A stretch of DNA of 64,000 nt from the NCBI GenBank assembly GCA_943787465.1, contig CALSMN010000006.1, forward strand, positions 205,105 to 269,104, given 5' to 3'. The stretch's first letter is position 1. Each line of letters starts with the position of its first letter. Shown in pieces: positions 9,759 through 20,029 of this stretch. This DNA comes from an uncultured Bacteroidia bacterium. GTDB taxonomy: Bacteria > Bacteroidota > Bacteroidia > NS11-12g > UBA9320. The notes beneath the pieces were generated by a model. It worked only from the letters and a program-made list of their open reading frames with translations, was not told the origin of the DNA and did not search any database. Made by a program: the position numbers and the translations under genes.

Positions 9759-10969
9759 TTGTAAAAATTGCATTCAAAAATATCTGGCGAAATAGTCTTC
9801 GGAGTTGTACCGTTATCATGGCAATCTCTCTAGGGATTTTTGGAGGTCTAGCTGTAATTAGTACGGCAACTGGACTAAGCAAAATGAGACAGAATAATGC
9901 CATTAATAGCTACATCAGTCACATTCAAATACACGATAGTAATTTTCTAGCTTATGGAAGGTTAACTGATACAATCGTGAAGCAAAAAGAAATTGTAAGG
10001 TTTCTTCAAAAAAATCCAATTGTATCTGGATTTAGTTCCAGAATTAAAATTGAAACTTTCATCCAAAGTGCAGGGGGAACAAGTGCAGTTATACTCAACG
10101 GGATAGAGCCCATAAATGAAAAAAAAGTAACAGATATTAACACAAAATTAGAAGAAGGTAATTATTTATCAGACTACAAAAGAAAGCCTCCAATTATTTT
10201 GAGTACTATTTTAGCAACGAAATTAAACGCTAAAATCAATACCTCAGTTCAATGTTCCTTTGTAAATCCAGATGGAGAAGCAACTACTATAGTATTTAAA
10301 GTGGTTGATATTTTCGCTACAAACAATTCCATGTACGATCAAATGAATGCTTTTGTTTTAATTGACCATTTAAAAAATACAGCTCATAAAGGGGTACATG
10401 AAATGGCTATAAATCTAAAAGATGAATCCTACGTTGAAGAATTTAGAACAACACTAATTAGTCAATTTCCAACCCTTGAAATTGACTCCTGGAGAGGAAC
10501 AGCACCTGAGCTAGGCTATGCTGATAAAATGATGCATTTAGTTTTGATTATTTTCTTAATTATTATCATGCTTGCTCTTGCATTTGGAATCATAAATACC
10601 ATGTTAATGGCTGTATTAGAACGAAAAAAAGAACTTGGCATGCTCCTTTCTATTGGGATGAATAAAAATAAAATATTCTTAATGATTGTCCTTGAATCTA
10701 CCTTTTTAGCTCTTATTTCTGGACCGATTGGGCTATCCATATCATACCTTGTTGTTACTTTTTATGAAGATGCTGGAATTGATTTATCCTTTGCTAGCTC
10801 AGGATTAAAAAGTGTAGGTATTGAAAGTACTATTTATCCTTTCCTAGATTCCAATTATTACTTCATAATCAGTGTTTTAGTTATTTTAACAGCTATCTTA
10901 TCGAGTATATACCCAGCTTTTAAAGCACTTAAGTTAAATCCATCTGAAACATTAAGAACAGCAAATTAG
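9755..10969 (+). CDS. ABC transporter permease (LolC/E/FtsX-like)
   Basis: AFKNIWRNSLRS, NTMLMAVLERKKELGMLLSIGM, YPAFKALKLNP. Confidence 0.9.
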   Translation: MIVKIAFKNIWRNSLRSCTVIMAISLGIFGGLAVISTATGLSKMRQNNAINSYISHIQIHDSNFLAYGRLTDTIVKQKEIVRFLQKNPIVSGFSSRIKIETFIQSAGGTSAVILNGIEPINEKKVTDINTKLEEGNYLSDYKRKPPIILSTILATKLNAKINTSVQCSFVNPDGEATTIVFKVVDIFATNNSMYDQMNAFVLIDHLKNTAHKGVHEMAINLKDESYVEEFRTTLISQFPTLEIDSWRGTAPELGYADKMMHLVLIIFLIIIMLALAFGIINTMLMAVLERKKELGMLLSIGMNKNKIFLMIVLESTFLALISGPIGLSISYLVVTFYEDAGIDLSFASSGLKSVGIESTIYPFLDSNYYFIISVLVILTAILSSIYPAFKALKLNPSETLRTAN

Positions 10970-10979
10970 CAATTAACCT

Positions 10980-11657
10980 ATGATTTATATTCAAAATATA
11001 TCGAAAACCTATCAATCAGGCATCATACAAGTCAAAGCCCTTCAAAATATAAATTTAACGATAAAAAAAGGAGAATTTACGGCTATTGTTGGCCCCTCAG
11101 GTTCTGGAAAAACAACATTACTTAACCTAATTGGTGGACTCGATTCTCCATCCCACGGAATTATTAAAATAGATCAGACAGATATTACTTCACTCCCAGA
11201 AAATGATTTAATTGATTTTAGACTGCATCATATTGGATTTGTATTTCAAAGCTACAATCTTATACCTGTTTTAACTGCTAAAGAAAATGTAGAATTTTTG
11301 ATGTTATTGCAAAAAAAAGAAGAAGATCAACGAAATGAACGAACTATTCAATTACTAAAAGCTGTTGGTCTTGAAAATCAAATTCACAAAAAACCCAATG
11401 AAATGAGCGGTGGGCAACAACAACGAGTTGCTGTTGCCCGAGCGCTTGCAAGTAAACCTGATTTTATTCTCGCTGACGAGCCTACGGCAAATCTTGACAG
11501 TTCATCAGCAGAAAATTTGTTAGATATCATGTTTAAACTAAACCAAAAAGAAAAAATGACTTTTATTTTTAGTACGCATGATTCTCGGGTAATTGCTAAA
11601 GCCCAAAGAATAATAACAATTGATGATGGTCAAATTATAAATGATTATTATAGATAA
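10980..11657 (+). CDS. ABC transporter ATP-binding protein (LolD/MacB-like)
   Basis: [32 protein letters not shown]. Confidence 0.95.
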   Translation: MIYIQNISKTYQSGIIQVKALQNINLTIKKGEFTAIVGPSGSGKTTLLNLIGGLDSPSHGIIKIDQTDITSLPENDLIDFRLHHIGFVFQSYNLIPVLTAKENVEFLMLLQKKEEDQRNERTIQLLKAVGLENQIHKKPNEMSGGQQQRVAVARALASKPDFILADEPTANLDSSSAENLLDIMFKLNQKEKMTFIFSTHDSRVIAKAQRIITIDDGQIINDYYR

Positions 11658-11715
11658 CTTTTTTACATAAAATAAATATTGAGTCACGTATCAATATTTT
11701 CTAACTTTGACGTTA

Positions 11716-12783
11716 ATGAATAGAATGAGATTCGTTTACGCATCTATCTTAATTGTTTTTTTCCAATTTTCCATAGCTCAAATTGGAGGATCAAGTGCTT
11801 ATACTTTTGCTTTAATTGAAAATAATGCTCGTCATACAGCACTCGGCGGTATCTCAATTGCAAATTCGAATGAAGATCCAGCTTCAGGTTTTCAAAATCC
11901 AGCTCTCATTAATTCTAAAATGCATCAGCATGCTTCCTTATCATACGCCAATCATGTTGCGGATATTAATTATGGGTTTGCAAGTTTTGGAAATAACATT
12001 GATAGTCTGCACACCTTAACATTTAATTTAGGATTTTATGATTATGGCAACTTTGTGAGAACCAATAATGCTGGCGATATTTTGGGTGAATTTGACGCTA
12101 AAGATTATACTTTTCAAATAGGATTAAGCAAAAAAATAACCGACAAAATAACCCTTGGTGCCAATGGTAAATTTCTATACAGTGTATATGAAGCATATGT
12201 CAGTACCGCTGGAGGTATCGATATTGGCAGTCATTATGCTGATCCAGATCATTTGCTTAGTTTTGGTATTTTGATAAAAAATATGGGATATCAATTTATT
12301 AAATACTCAGAAAATAGCCCACGAGAAAATATTCCTTTTGATGTCCAAGCAAGTATTAGTAAAAAATTAGCTCACAACCCATTGAGATTTACCTTTACTT
12401 TTCATAATTTACATCGCTGGAATAATTCCTATGTGAATACGAATGCTAGAAATAAAGAAATTGATCTTGAAACGGGTATTGTAAAAAATCAAGAACTCAC
12501 TCTTGGAGATCAATTGATGCGACATATACTATTCAACACTGAGTTCATTTTTTCCGATAATTTTCAAATTCGTGGAGGATATAATCACCAGAGAAGGGCA
12601 GAGTTAGGGCCTGAAAATAGAAAAGCTTCTACTGGTTTCAGCTGGGGGTTCTCTATTGGCGTAAGAAAATTAATGATTGGTTATGGAAGTGCGGGATACT
12701 TCCCAGGAATAGCCTCAAATTATTTCTCAGTTTCTAGAGACCTCTCTCGAGTTATGAAGAAAAAGAAGAAGTCTTATCTCTAA
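11716..12783 (+). CDS. porQ: Type IX secretion system beta-barrel PorQ
   Basis: Signal peptide, AR.TALGG, FQNPALI, barrel-like alternating pattern, GYNHQRRAEL; directly precedes cmk as in other Bacteroidota. Confidence 0.8.
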   Translation: MNRMRFVYASILIVFFQFSIAQIGGSSAYTFALIENNARHTALGGISIANSNEDPASGFQNPALINSKMHQHASLSYANHVADINYGFASFGNNIDSLHTLTFNLGFYDYGNFVRTNNAGDILGEFDAKDYTFQIGLSKKITDKITLGANGKFLYSVYEAYVSTAGGIDIGSHYADPDHLLSFGILIKNMGYQFIKYSENSPRENIPFDVQASISKKLAHNPLRFTFTFHNLHRWNNSYVNTNARNKEIDLETGIVKNQELTLGDQLMRHILFNTEFIFSDNFQIRGGYNHQRRAELGPENRKASTGFSWGFSIGVRKLMIGYGSAGYFPGIASNYFSVSRDLSRVMKKKKKSYL

Positions 12784-12854
12784 ATATTTAAAATCCTATT
12801 TGATTCGTTTATCAAATTAGGAATTCAAAAAAATAGGATTATGTTTGACCTACA

Positions 12855-13544
12855 TTGAGTGGTAAAATAAACATAGCCATTGACGGACATTCTAGTTGTG
12901 GCAAGGGAACCCTTGCAAAACACATCGCTAGAGAATTGGGATATTTATTTGTTGATAGTGGAGCCATGTACAGAGCTGTTACATTATACCTGCTTAATGA
13001 GGGCATATCCTTACAAGAACTCCAAGATGATCCCGCAATACTTGGAAATATTCGAATTGAATTTAGATATAACCAAGAACATCAGTTTTATGAAACGTAC
13101 CTCAATGATATAAGTGTTGAATCTGAAATCAGAGGAATGAGAGTTTCTCGCTATGTAAGTCCTGTAAGTGCCGTGAAAGTTGTCAGAGATTTTCTGGTAA
13201 AAAAACAACAACAAATCGGTGAAAACAAAGGGGTAGTTATGGATGGAAGAGATATTGGCACCATTGTATTTCCTGATGCAGAACTAAAAATATTCATGAC
13301 TGCTTCACCAGAAATTCGTGCTAAGAGGAGGTATGAAGAACTTGAAAAAAAAGGGATACATGTTAATTATCAAGAGGTTTTACATAACATTATTGAACGA
13401 GACGCAATGGATAGTTCCCGATCCGAAAGTCCCTTAGTTAAAGCCAAAGACGCAATAACTTTAGATAATACAAACATGACTAAACTTGAACAAGCCAAAA
13501 TTTCGCTTCAATGGGCAAAAGGAGTGATTGCCTCCATTAAATAA
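12855..13544 (+). CDS. cmk: Cytidylate kinase
   Basis: IAIDGHSSCGKGT, DSGAMYRA, VMDGRDIGT. Confidence 0.97.
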   Translation: MSGKINIAIDGHSSCGKGTLAKHIARELGYLFVDSGAMYRAVTLYLLNEGISLQELQDDPAILGNIRIEFRYNQEHQFYETYLNDISVESEIRGMRVSRYVSPVSAVKVVRDFLVKKQQQIGENKGVVMDGRDIGTIVFPDAELKIFMTASPEIRAKRRYEELEKKGIHVNYQEVLHNIIERDAMDSSRSESPLVKAKDAITLDNTNMTKLEQAKISLQWAKGVIASIK

Positions 13545-13634
13545 TTTTATTATTTATATCTGCATAAAATAAAAATTCTACAGTTAAAGAAACACAACGA
13601 GATTTCTATAATCAGCTTCACCTAATCTATGCCA

Positions 13635-16600
13635 TTATTTTATTATAGTAAGCGTTCCTTTGTCAAAGTAGACTAGATTATCCCAGCCCTTATATTGTAC
13701 CATCCAAAAATAAACATTACTAAATTCTAGTTCAGACTCCTTATAAGTACCCGTCCAAATTGAATTTTTATCACTGGATTCAAATACTTTCTCCCCCCAA
13801 CGATTATACATTTTTATTTCAAATTCGCGCACAAATACATCGCTCCACCCAAACACATCATTCAAATTATCACCATTGGAGGTCACCGCATTCGGAACAA
13901 AAACCAATGGAGGTTGAATTAAATAGATATCATTACTCCTACTTATTGCATTCAAACTACCTGAACCTTCATAAGCTAAAATGCTATACCAATACCCCCC
14001 CCAGTCGTAATCTAAATCACTATCAGTATAAAACTGAATAGGATCATCTAATAAAACAATAGGTCTAAATTCTCCAGTATCAACAGTGCGTAATAATTCA
14101 TAATTACGCACTCCCCCATTCCAATTAATGTAATCATCCCATGTCAAATCAAATTTAAAGCGAGGAGTTTCTTCTTTTTTATTTTTTGCTTCACCTCGAA
14201 TTACAATTGAACAACCTAGGTTACTCAAATTACTCAAGTGACCACAATCATCAGCTACCCTAATCTGATAACAATATGAGGTTGAATTGATATCAACTTC
14301 AGTATCTATAAAAACAGTATCATTTATATCATAAACAGAGGTGAGATATTGGGGGACACCATTATTTCTGGAGCTCTTATAAATTTCATAATGTCCAAAA
14401 TCTTCTTCTGTAGACTTTAAAAATATAACATGTATATCTTGTCCAACAACTGTTGTGGTTTTGAGATAAGTTTCATCAACAGGAATTTGACTTTCTCTGG
14501 TACTGCTCAAATAATAGGATTCTTCACCTAATTCATTACAAATATTTTCAACTACTAAGTAATACGTGTAGTCACGATTTCTTGGATCTATGACATCATT
14601 ATCTAAATAGGACCCACCCAGCTGGCTGGTCGTTGAAAAAATAAGCGTTTTATTATTGTTTGGGTCTACTCGATACAGTTTCATAGTAAGAAAATAATCA
14701 GACTCAGATGTAGACTCCCAATCAATTCTTAATTGATTATTGCTCACAAAGTTTAAGCAAAGCACATCGGGTGGAGGCAATAAAGGAGTAGAATCTACTT
14801 GAATAATAATTGAGGTTATACTGTCCGAAGAACTAGGACAACCTCTATCTTTTGCTTGCACGTCAATTTTGAAGGTTTGACTTGCCTGTAAACAGGAAAA
14901 TATCATTTTAAAATTCGCATTAAGACTCCCTTTGCCAATAAGTGTATCGTCATATTCTATTATACTAGGAAACAATGCTGTTGGAATATCAAAATAAACA
15001 AACAAAGAATCTCCTTCAGGATCAGAAATTGGATAACTAAATGAAAAAGTATCCCCAATTTGAATATTAAGGGTATCTACTACGTTTGTGATATAATTTT
15101 GTGGAGAAAGATTTGGAGGAAGATTGAATGGCACTACAGCCATTTTAAATGAAGCATTACTACACCTTGGACTTGGATTCCTCTCTGAATAGGCTCCTGC
15201 TGTTGTTGGAAAATCACTAATCTTAGAACTCAATGCATTATTAGGACAACTGCTACACACACTTTGATACACGATCCCTCTTTTATCAAATCTACTGGTT
15301 CCTCCATCCACATGATCACCCGTTTGATTTCCTCCAAAATAGGTAGCAAAAGATAAATCGGACATATCCTCTTCAAATACAACCAAATGAAAATCTTGAC
15401 CATCCGTAGTTTTTTGAAATGCATCATTGGTGATTGGCATATTAGAAAGGGTATTTCCTGGCACAGACTCTGAATTACTCCCCCATCCACTGACGTATAT
15501 TTTACTACAATCGTCCACTAAAAAAGCATTTATGGTAATATCTGGATTATTTCCTCCACTACCATAAACAGAACTCAACAATAGTTTTGATAAATCTGAG
15601 TCAAATTTGGAAATAAATTGTTTCCCACGATTATTGGAATATCCATTTCCTAAAATGGGCATATTACCCTCAGAGTGGCCCACTACGTATATATTTTCAT
15701 ATTTATCAATTTCTAATTGTAAAATTTGATCATATGATGGAGTTCCAAGGTATGTAGTTTGTATCACTAATGTACCATCTTCACTTATTTTAGCAATAAA
15801 ACCATCCGTATCTCCCACCTTATTGGGAAGGTATGCCCCAATCGATGTTGGCAAACGATTACTCGATGATCCTCCAGCTATATATAAATCTCCCGTTGAT
15901 GAAACATCGATACTGTATACAGCATCATCACCTTCAGCACCATAATACATACTCCAACGGAGACTGGTCAAATCAGGGCTCAAACTCAACACAACTCCAT
16001 CTTGCATTCCACCAGACGTAGGTTGAAAAACTCCAGATGTAGTGGGAAAGTTAAAAGAAGTTGTACTAGTTGCAACAAAGATATTTCCATCCATATCTAA
16101 ATTGACTTCTCCCCGATAATCATCCGCATAAAAATAGCGTGTATTGGTATTATCATTGATACCATCGCTACCTGATCCGCCTATAAAGGTAGATCCGATT
16201 AGCGCTGTTCCATCTGCATTAAACTTGGTAACAATCACATCTTCATTCCCATTGTGAGTCCTATCAAATGTACCCGCAGTTGTCGGATAATTAGTAGATG
16301 ATGAAGTACCAAATACAATTAATTGATCCAATTTATCAACAATTAAACTGTGAGGATAATCATTCATATTGCCTCCAAGATACGTGGCATAAATCAAATT
16401 TTGACCGTTATTTGAATATTTACTTATAGCAATATCACAAGCAAACGTATTAGGTTCCCCGCCGTTGAATGTAATATCAAAAGCTCCAGGGGTAGTGGGA
16501 TAGACACCATCCAAAAATTTAGTAGGACTTGTCGCTATACCGCCAGAATACAAATTACCATTAGCGTCATAAGTAGCTGTAAAACCAAAATTATCTACCG

Positions 16601-17387
16601 AACTACCTGAATAGGTGGAGAAAATTAGCTCTGGATCAATAATGGTCTTGATCTTAGACTTGAGAAAATTAGACTCAAGACCAATGTAATCTCCTAGATC
16701 CACATAATTCATTGAAATAATTTTCTTCATTGAGCCATGTTGCTCATAAGAAACAGGCATAATTTCACTAAAATTTCCAAAATCTGTTGAAATTTCTATT
16801 CTATTAGATTGAATTTTAATATCATTTTGGCCCGCAATTTTTATCTTAATGTCCTCTAGATTTGCCCCAGGGTGAAGGATAAAATTATATTTAAATCGTT
16901 GGTCAATTACCTCAAATTCTAAATCTATATGAGAATAGATAGATTTAAAAACTACTTGCGTGTACATCCCAACCTGACCTGCCCATTTTGAGGGATCACT
17001 TCCCTGAAAGTAGTTGTAATAGGCTGACGTTTTCCTTAAAAATTGGACTGAATCAAAATTAGCTTCAAGGAATGAATATTTCAATAATTGAAAACCTAAG
17101 GTATCCGTTTGGTAAATAGTTGGAGAATGATCATGCATTTGATGATCATGGAAATTAAGAACTAAATCCGCCCATTTCTTTGTATCATGTAGTAAAACTG
17201 AGAATCCATTTTCAGACAAATAGATGCGATGTGTGTTAAAATCAACAATAGATTTTACAGTAGAGTTGAATTGGCCTTTATTTTCGATAAAACCAATTTC
17301 CGCATGAAGTTGGTTTGGAATCAAAAAGAGAAAAATGGCACAAACCCAAGAAAATTTATATCGATATCTGTAAGTAGTCAACTCCAA
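13635..17387 (-). CDS. Large secreted protein with SBBP/beta-propeller-type repeats, FN3-like domains and T9SS type B (gliding-motility) C-terminal domain
   Basis: FIENKGQ, IIDPELIFSTYSGS, repeated YPTT.GAF and YLGG motifs, C-terminal VPNAVTSNGDNLNDVF..YNRWGEKVF..KGTLTIIK. Confidence 0.88.
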   Translation of the reverse strand: MELTTYRYRYKFSWVCAIFLFLIPNQLHAEIGFIENKGQFNSTVKSIVDFNTHRIYLSENGFSVLLHDTKKWADLVLNFHDHQMHDHSPTIYQTDTLGFQLLKYSFLEANFDSVQFLRKTSAYYNYFQGSDPSKWAGQVGMYTQVVFKSIYSHIDLEFEVIDQRFKYNFILHPGANLEDIKIKIAGQNDIKIQSNRIEISTDFGNFSEIMPVSYEQHGSMKKIISMNYVDLGDYIGLESNFLKSKIKTIIDPELIFSTYSGSSVDNFGFTATYDANGNLYSGGIATSPTKFLDGVYPTTPGAFDITFNGGEPNTFACDIAISKYSNNGQNLIYATYLGGNMNDYPHSLIVDKLDQLIVFGTSSSTNYPTTAGTFDRTHNGNEDVIVTKFNADGTALIGSTFIGGSGSDGINDNTNTRYFYADDYRGEVNLDMDGNIFVATSTTSFNFPTTSGVFQPTSGGMQDGVVLSLSPDLTSLRWSMYYGAEGDDAVYSIDVSSTGDLYIAGGSSSNRLPTSIGAYLPNKVGDTDGFIAKISEDGTLVIQTTYLGTPSYDQILQLEIDKYENIYVVGHSEGNMPILGNGYSNNRGKQFISKFDSDLSKLLLSSVYGSGGNNPDITINAFLVDDCSKIYVSGWGSNSESVPGNTLSNMPITNDAFQKTTDGQDFHLVVFEEDMSDLSFATYFGGNQTGDHVDGGTSRFDKRGIVYQSVCSSCPNNALSSKISDFPTTAGAYSERNPSPRCSNASFKMAVVPFNLPPNLSPQNYITNVVDTLNIQIGDTFSFSYPISDPEGDSLFVYFDIPTALFPSIIEYDDTLIGKGSLNANFKMIFSCLQASQTFKIDVQAKDRGCPSSSDSITSIIIQVDSTPLLPPPDVLCLNFVSNNQLRIDWESTSESDYFLTMKLYRVDPNNNKTLIFSTTSQLGGSYLDNDVIDPRNRDYTYYLVVENICNELGEESYYLSSTRESQIPVDETYLKTTTVVGQDIHVIFLKSTEEDFGHYEIYKSSRNNGVPQYLTSVYDINDTVFIDTEVDINSTSYCYQIRVADDCGHLSNLSNLGCSIVIRGEAKNKKEETPRFKFDLTWDDYINWNGGVRNYELLRTVDTGEFRPIVLLDDPIQFYTDSDLDYDWGGYWYSILAYEGSGSLNAISRSNDIYLIQPPLVFVPNAVTSNGDNLNDVFGWSDVFVREFEIKMYNRWGEKVFESSDKNSIWTGTYKESELEFSNVYFWMVQYKGWDNLVYFDKGTLTIIK

Positions 17388-17432
17388 TAATTTATGGGTT
17401 GCAAGTTACAACAAAGATGATTGAGAAATAAA

Positions 17433-19724
17433 TTATCTGACTGGATTATACGCAAACGTATGTACCACATAGTTAAATTGACGTCCGTCTGACAATTCTA
17501 CATTTACGTTAAAATCACTTTTAGTTGGCAGTGTATTTTTGTTATATTGTGGCTTAAAGACCAATGTAGGTGCACCATATCCGCTTACAAAAGGTTCAAC
17601 CTTTACATCAATAGGTGTTCCGTCTTGTGATACACGAATGGATGCACCAGACAAATCTCCATACACCGAAAATGTCCAATTGTCCATAAGCATAATTTGT
17701 GGCAAATACCCCTGTGGTGGCCAGGTTATGGGATTATTCATGAAATCAGCTGTATCAATAGTTCCACTATCATCCAATGCCCATATTACGGCATAATTGT
17801 TTGTGCTACCATGCCCATATACACGTCCATTGGGATATAGCAACCAACGTCTATTCCCTGCACTAGGATTTTTATCATCCATAATGTAAGTGACTGCCAT
17901 CGAGGTGTTGGCGTCTTTAATCAAAAGAGAGTGTTTGGCTGCATAAGCCCCCTCACTTGTCCAGCAACGCCATGTTTTAGGTGGTTCATGCTTTAAGGCA
18001 TTATTAACGGTCATCATTAATGCAGCTTTCTGACAATATTCATTTGTAGCTTCATCAAAAAGTACCTCAGGAACACCTGCATTTCTTCTAAAATAATTGA
18101 TTCGGTCTACAACTTTATTTTGTATATCCATATCAATAGTGCCTGCATCACAACCTCCAGCTCTTCCATTCCAAGTGAATGGAACAATTTCATTTCCATT
18201 GATATCTTTTCCTTGAGTTTTAGTATTAAAATAATTTTGGAAGAAGTCCTCTCTAGCTATTAATTCAAGTTGTTCACTATGATCTTTTTCTGGAAAAAAA
18301 TACACCAGCTCGGCAGCTACATCCTTTGCAGTACTGAAACGATTTTCAGAAATCAACAAACCAAGATACTTATTGTTAATCGCCTCCAAATGTGCTAATG
18401 TTTCGGGTGATTCATACCTATCAAACTCATCTTTTATAAGCTTATAAAGCATCCCTTGTTCATCAACATTGGTTCGAACAACGGCTTTCTCTGCAATTAT
18501 TTTGGATCGTAAAGAAAGTAATTCCTTATCATTCGGGTACTTGATTAAAGCTTGTCGCAAAATAAATCCGGCAAAAGGCAATGGCTTAGTCTGGTAGCTG
18601 TAGTCAGCAATAACTTGCCACCTTTTCAATGTATCACTCGCCAAATCTCCAACCGTAGTAATTGAAATGTAATTAGATAAAAGGTAAGAGCTACTTCTGA
18701 GATGACCATATTGTTGAAAATACTCTGCCAATTTCCATACTATATTATCTGACTTACTATCAACAAATACATCTGTTTCACGAATATCAGCACTTTTTTT
18801 GAGTTGACTTTTTTGAATTTTTTCACGAGTAAATCGATGAATTAGCGTGTCTGCCTGAATCGTCTGGTTGTTCAACAAACTATTTTTTATTAAATAAATA
18901 TAAATAGAATTCTCTTTTTGAAGAAACTCCTCAGCATTGGGTACAAAACGCAACACCTCCTGAACGTAATCCAACATTAATTCACTAGGAGGCATATTTT
19001 TAATAATATCAAGTGTCACTTTTCTGAGGTAAAAGTTCAATTTAGCATCATCTCCCACTAACTTCCTTCCCTCAGATATTAATGCAATAGCACTATCATA
19101 ATGCTTATTTTGCCAATGGGCATCAATGAAATAGATCATTGGATCTACCTCTACTGTTTTATCTGTAATACCTTGACTGTAATCGGAACGGTAACACTTG
19201 ATTAAATCCTTATATATTATTTCCGCTGCAGAAAATTCACTGGCTCCAATAAAACTTTTTGCTTGTAAAAAATAAGCATCTCTACGAGTGGTATCTATGC
19301 TGTAGGATTGACCATACAATTTGGCTGCTTTTGCATATTTATTCGTATTGTATTGTTTAAAAGCCTCTTTGTTATTGAATTCAATAACCATGTCTCGGAC
19401 TGCTAAAAAATCATCCATTAAAACTTGATTATTCTCATCATTTTTAATGCCCTTCAACATATATGTCACAGCCTGCTTGATCGCATCTGGATTTTTTTGA
19501 ATATATCGCTCATCCTGAGCTAAATGAACATAGGCTTGTGATAAATAATAGTATGTTGCTGGTAGTTTTTTAAGTTCTTTTACTTCCAAGGCATCCAGTG
19601 CTACTTTTTCAAGTCTAATATAATTGCCGTCTTCCGCGGCCAACGCCAATTTTTCTAGTTGTGCATATGAGGAAATGCTACTTAAAATGACAAATATGAG
19701 TGAAGGAATTTTTATTAATTTCAT
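17433..19724 (-). CDS. Exported protein with long TPR-like helical N-terminus and C-terminal CAP (SCP) domain
   Basis: Signal peptide from ATG 19724 (MKLIKIP..SYAQ); RINYFRRNAGV, CQKAALMM, LKHEPP, GNRRWLL CAP motifs. Confidence 0.8.
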   Translation of the reverse strand: MKLIKIPSLIFVILSSISSYAQLEKLALAAEDGNYIRLEKVALDALEVKELKKLPATYYYLSQAYVHLAQDERYIQKNPDAIKQAVTYMLKGIKNDENNQVLMDDFLAVRDMVIEFNNKEAFKQYNTNKYAKAAKLYGQSYSIDTTRRDAYFLQAKSFIGASEFSAAEIIYKDLIKCYRSDYSQGITDKTVEVDPMIYFIDAHWQNKHYDSAIALISEGRKLVGDDAKLNFYLRKVTLDIIKNMPPSELMLDYVQEVLRFVPNAEEFLQKENSIYIYLIKNSLLNNQTIQADTLIHRFTREKIQKSQLKKSADIRETDVFVDSKSDNIVWKLAEYFQQYGHLRSSSYLLSNYISITTVGDLASDTLKRWQVIADYSYQTKPLPFAGFILRQALIKYPNDKELLSLRSKIIAEKAVVRTNVDEQGMLYKLIKDEFDRYESPETLAHLEAINNKYLGLLISENRFSTAKDVAAELVYFFPEKDHSEQLELIAREDFFQNYFNTKTQGKDINGNEIVPFTWNGRAGGCDAGTIDMDIQNKVVDRINYFRRNAGVPEVLFDEATNEYCQKAALMMTVNNALKHEPPKTWRCWTSEGAYAAKHSLLIKDANTSMAVTYIMDDKNPSAGNRRWLLYPNGRVYGHGSTNNYAVIWALDDSGTIDTADFMNNPITWPPQGYLPQIMLMDNWTFSVYGDLSGASIRVSQDGTPIDVKVEPFVSGYGAPTLVFKPQYNKNTLPTKSDFNVNVELSDGRQFNYVVHTFAYNPVR

Positions 19725-19744
19725 ATATACTACAATTATACAAT

Positions 19745-20029
19745 TTACTTTAGATTCAAACTCCAAGCATTGGCATCCGTTGCAAATAACTTTTTTGTAT
19801 TTGTCCAAATTATTTTGAATGTGTCTGATTTTCGATAGTTATTTAAAAAATCTGAATTTAACCAAATACTATGGGTAAATACAATATTGGGATGATCTAT
19901 ATCCTGATAAATTTTTAAACTTACTAAACCTGGCATTGCCTCAATTTTGGATTGGATGGTATAAAAATAAGTCATGAAATTATCTATTTCTTCTGACCTA
20001 AACTCCATTTTTACTAATCGAAGTATCAT
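19745..20029 (-). CDS. Antibiotic biosynthesis monooxygenase (ABM) family protein
   Basis: MILRLVKMEF, FTHSIW..LNNYRKS..F..W..TK.LF...AWS pattern. Confidence 0.85.
   Translation of the reverse strand: MILRLVKMEFRSEEIDNFMTYFYTIQSKIEAMPGLVSLKIYQDIDHPNIVFTHSIWLNSDFLNNYRKSDTFKIIWTNTKKLFATDANAWSLNLK

Noticed and set aside
15180-16640. Repeated YPTT/YLGG motifs as a DNA repeat array or diversity-generating element
   Set aside because: Repeats are protein-level propeller blades with diverged codons; no identical DNA repeats, spacers or reverse transcriptase
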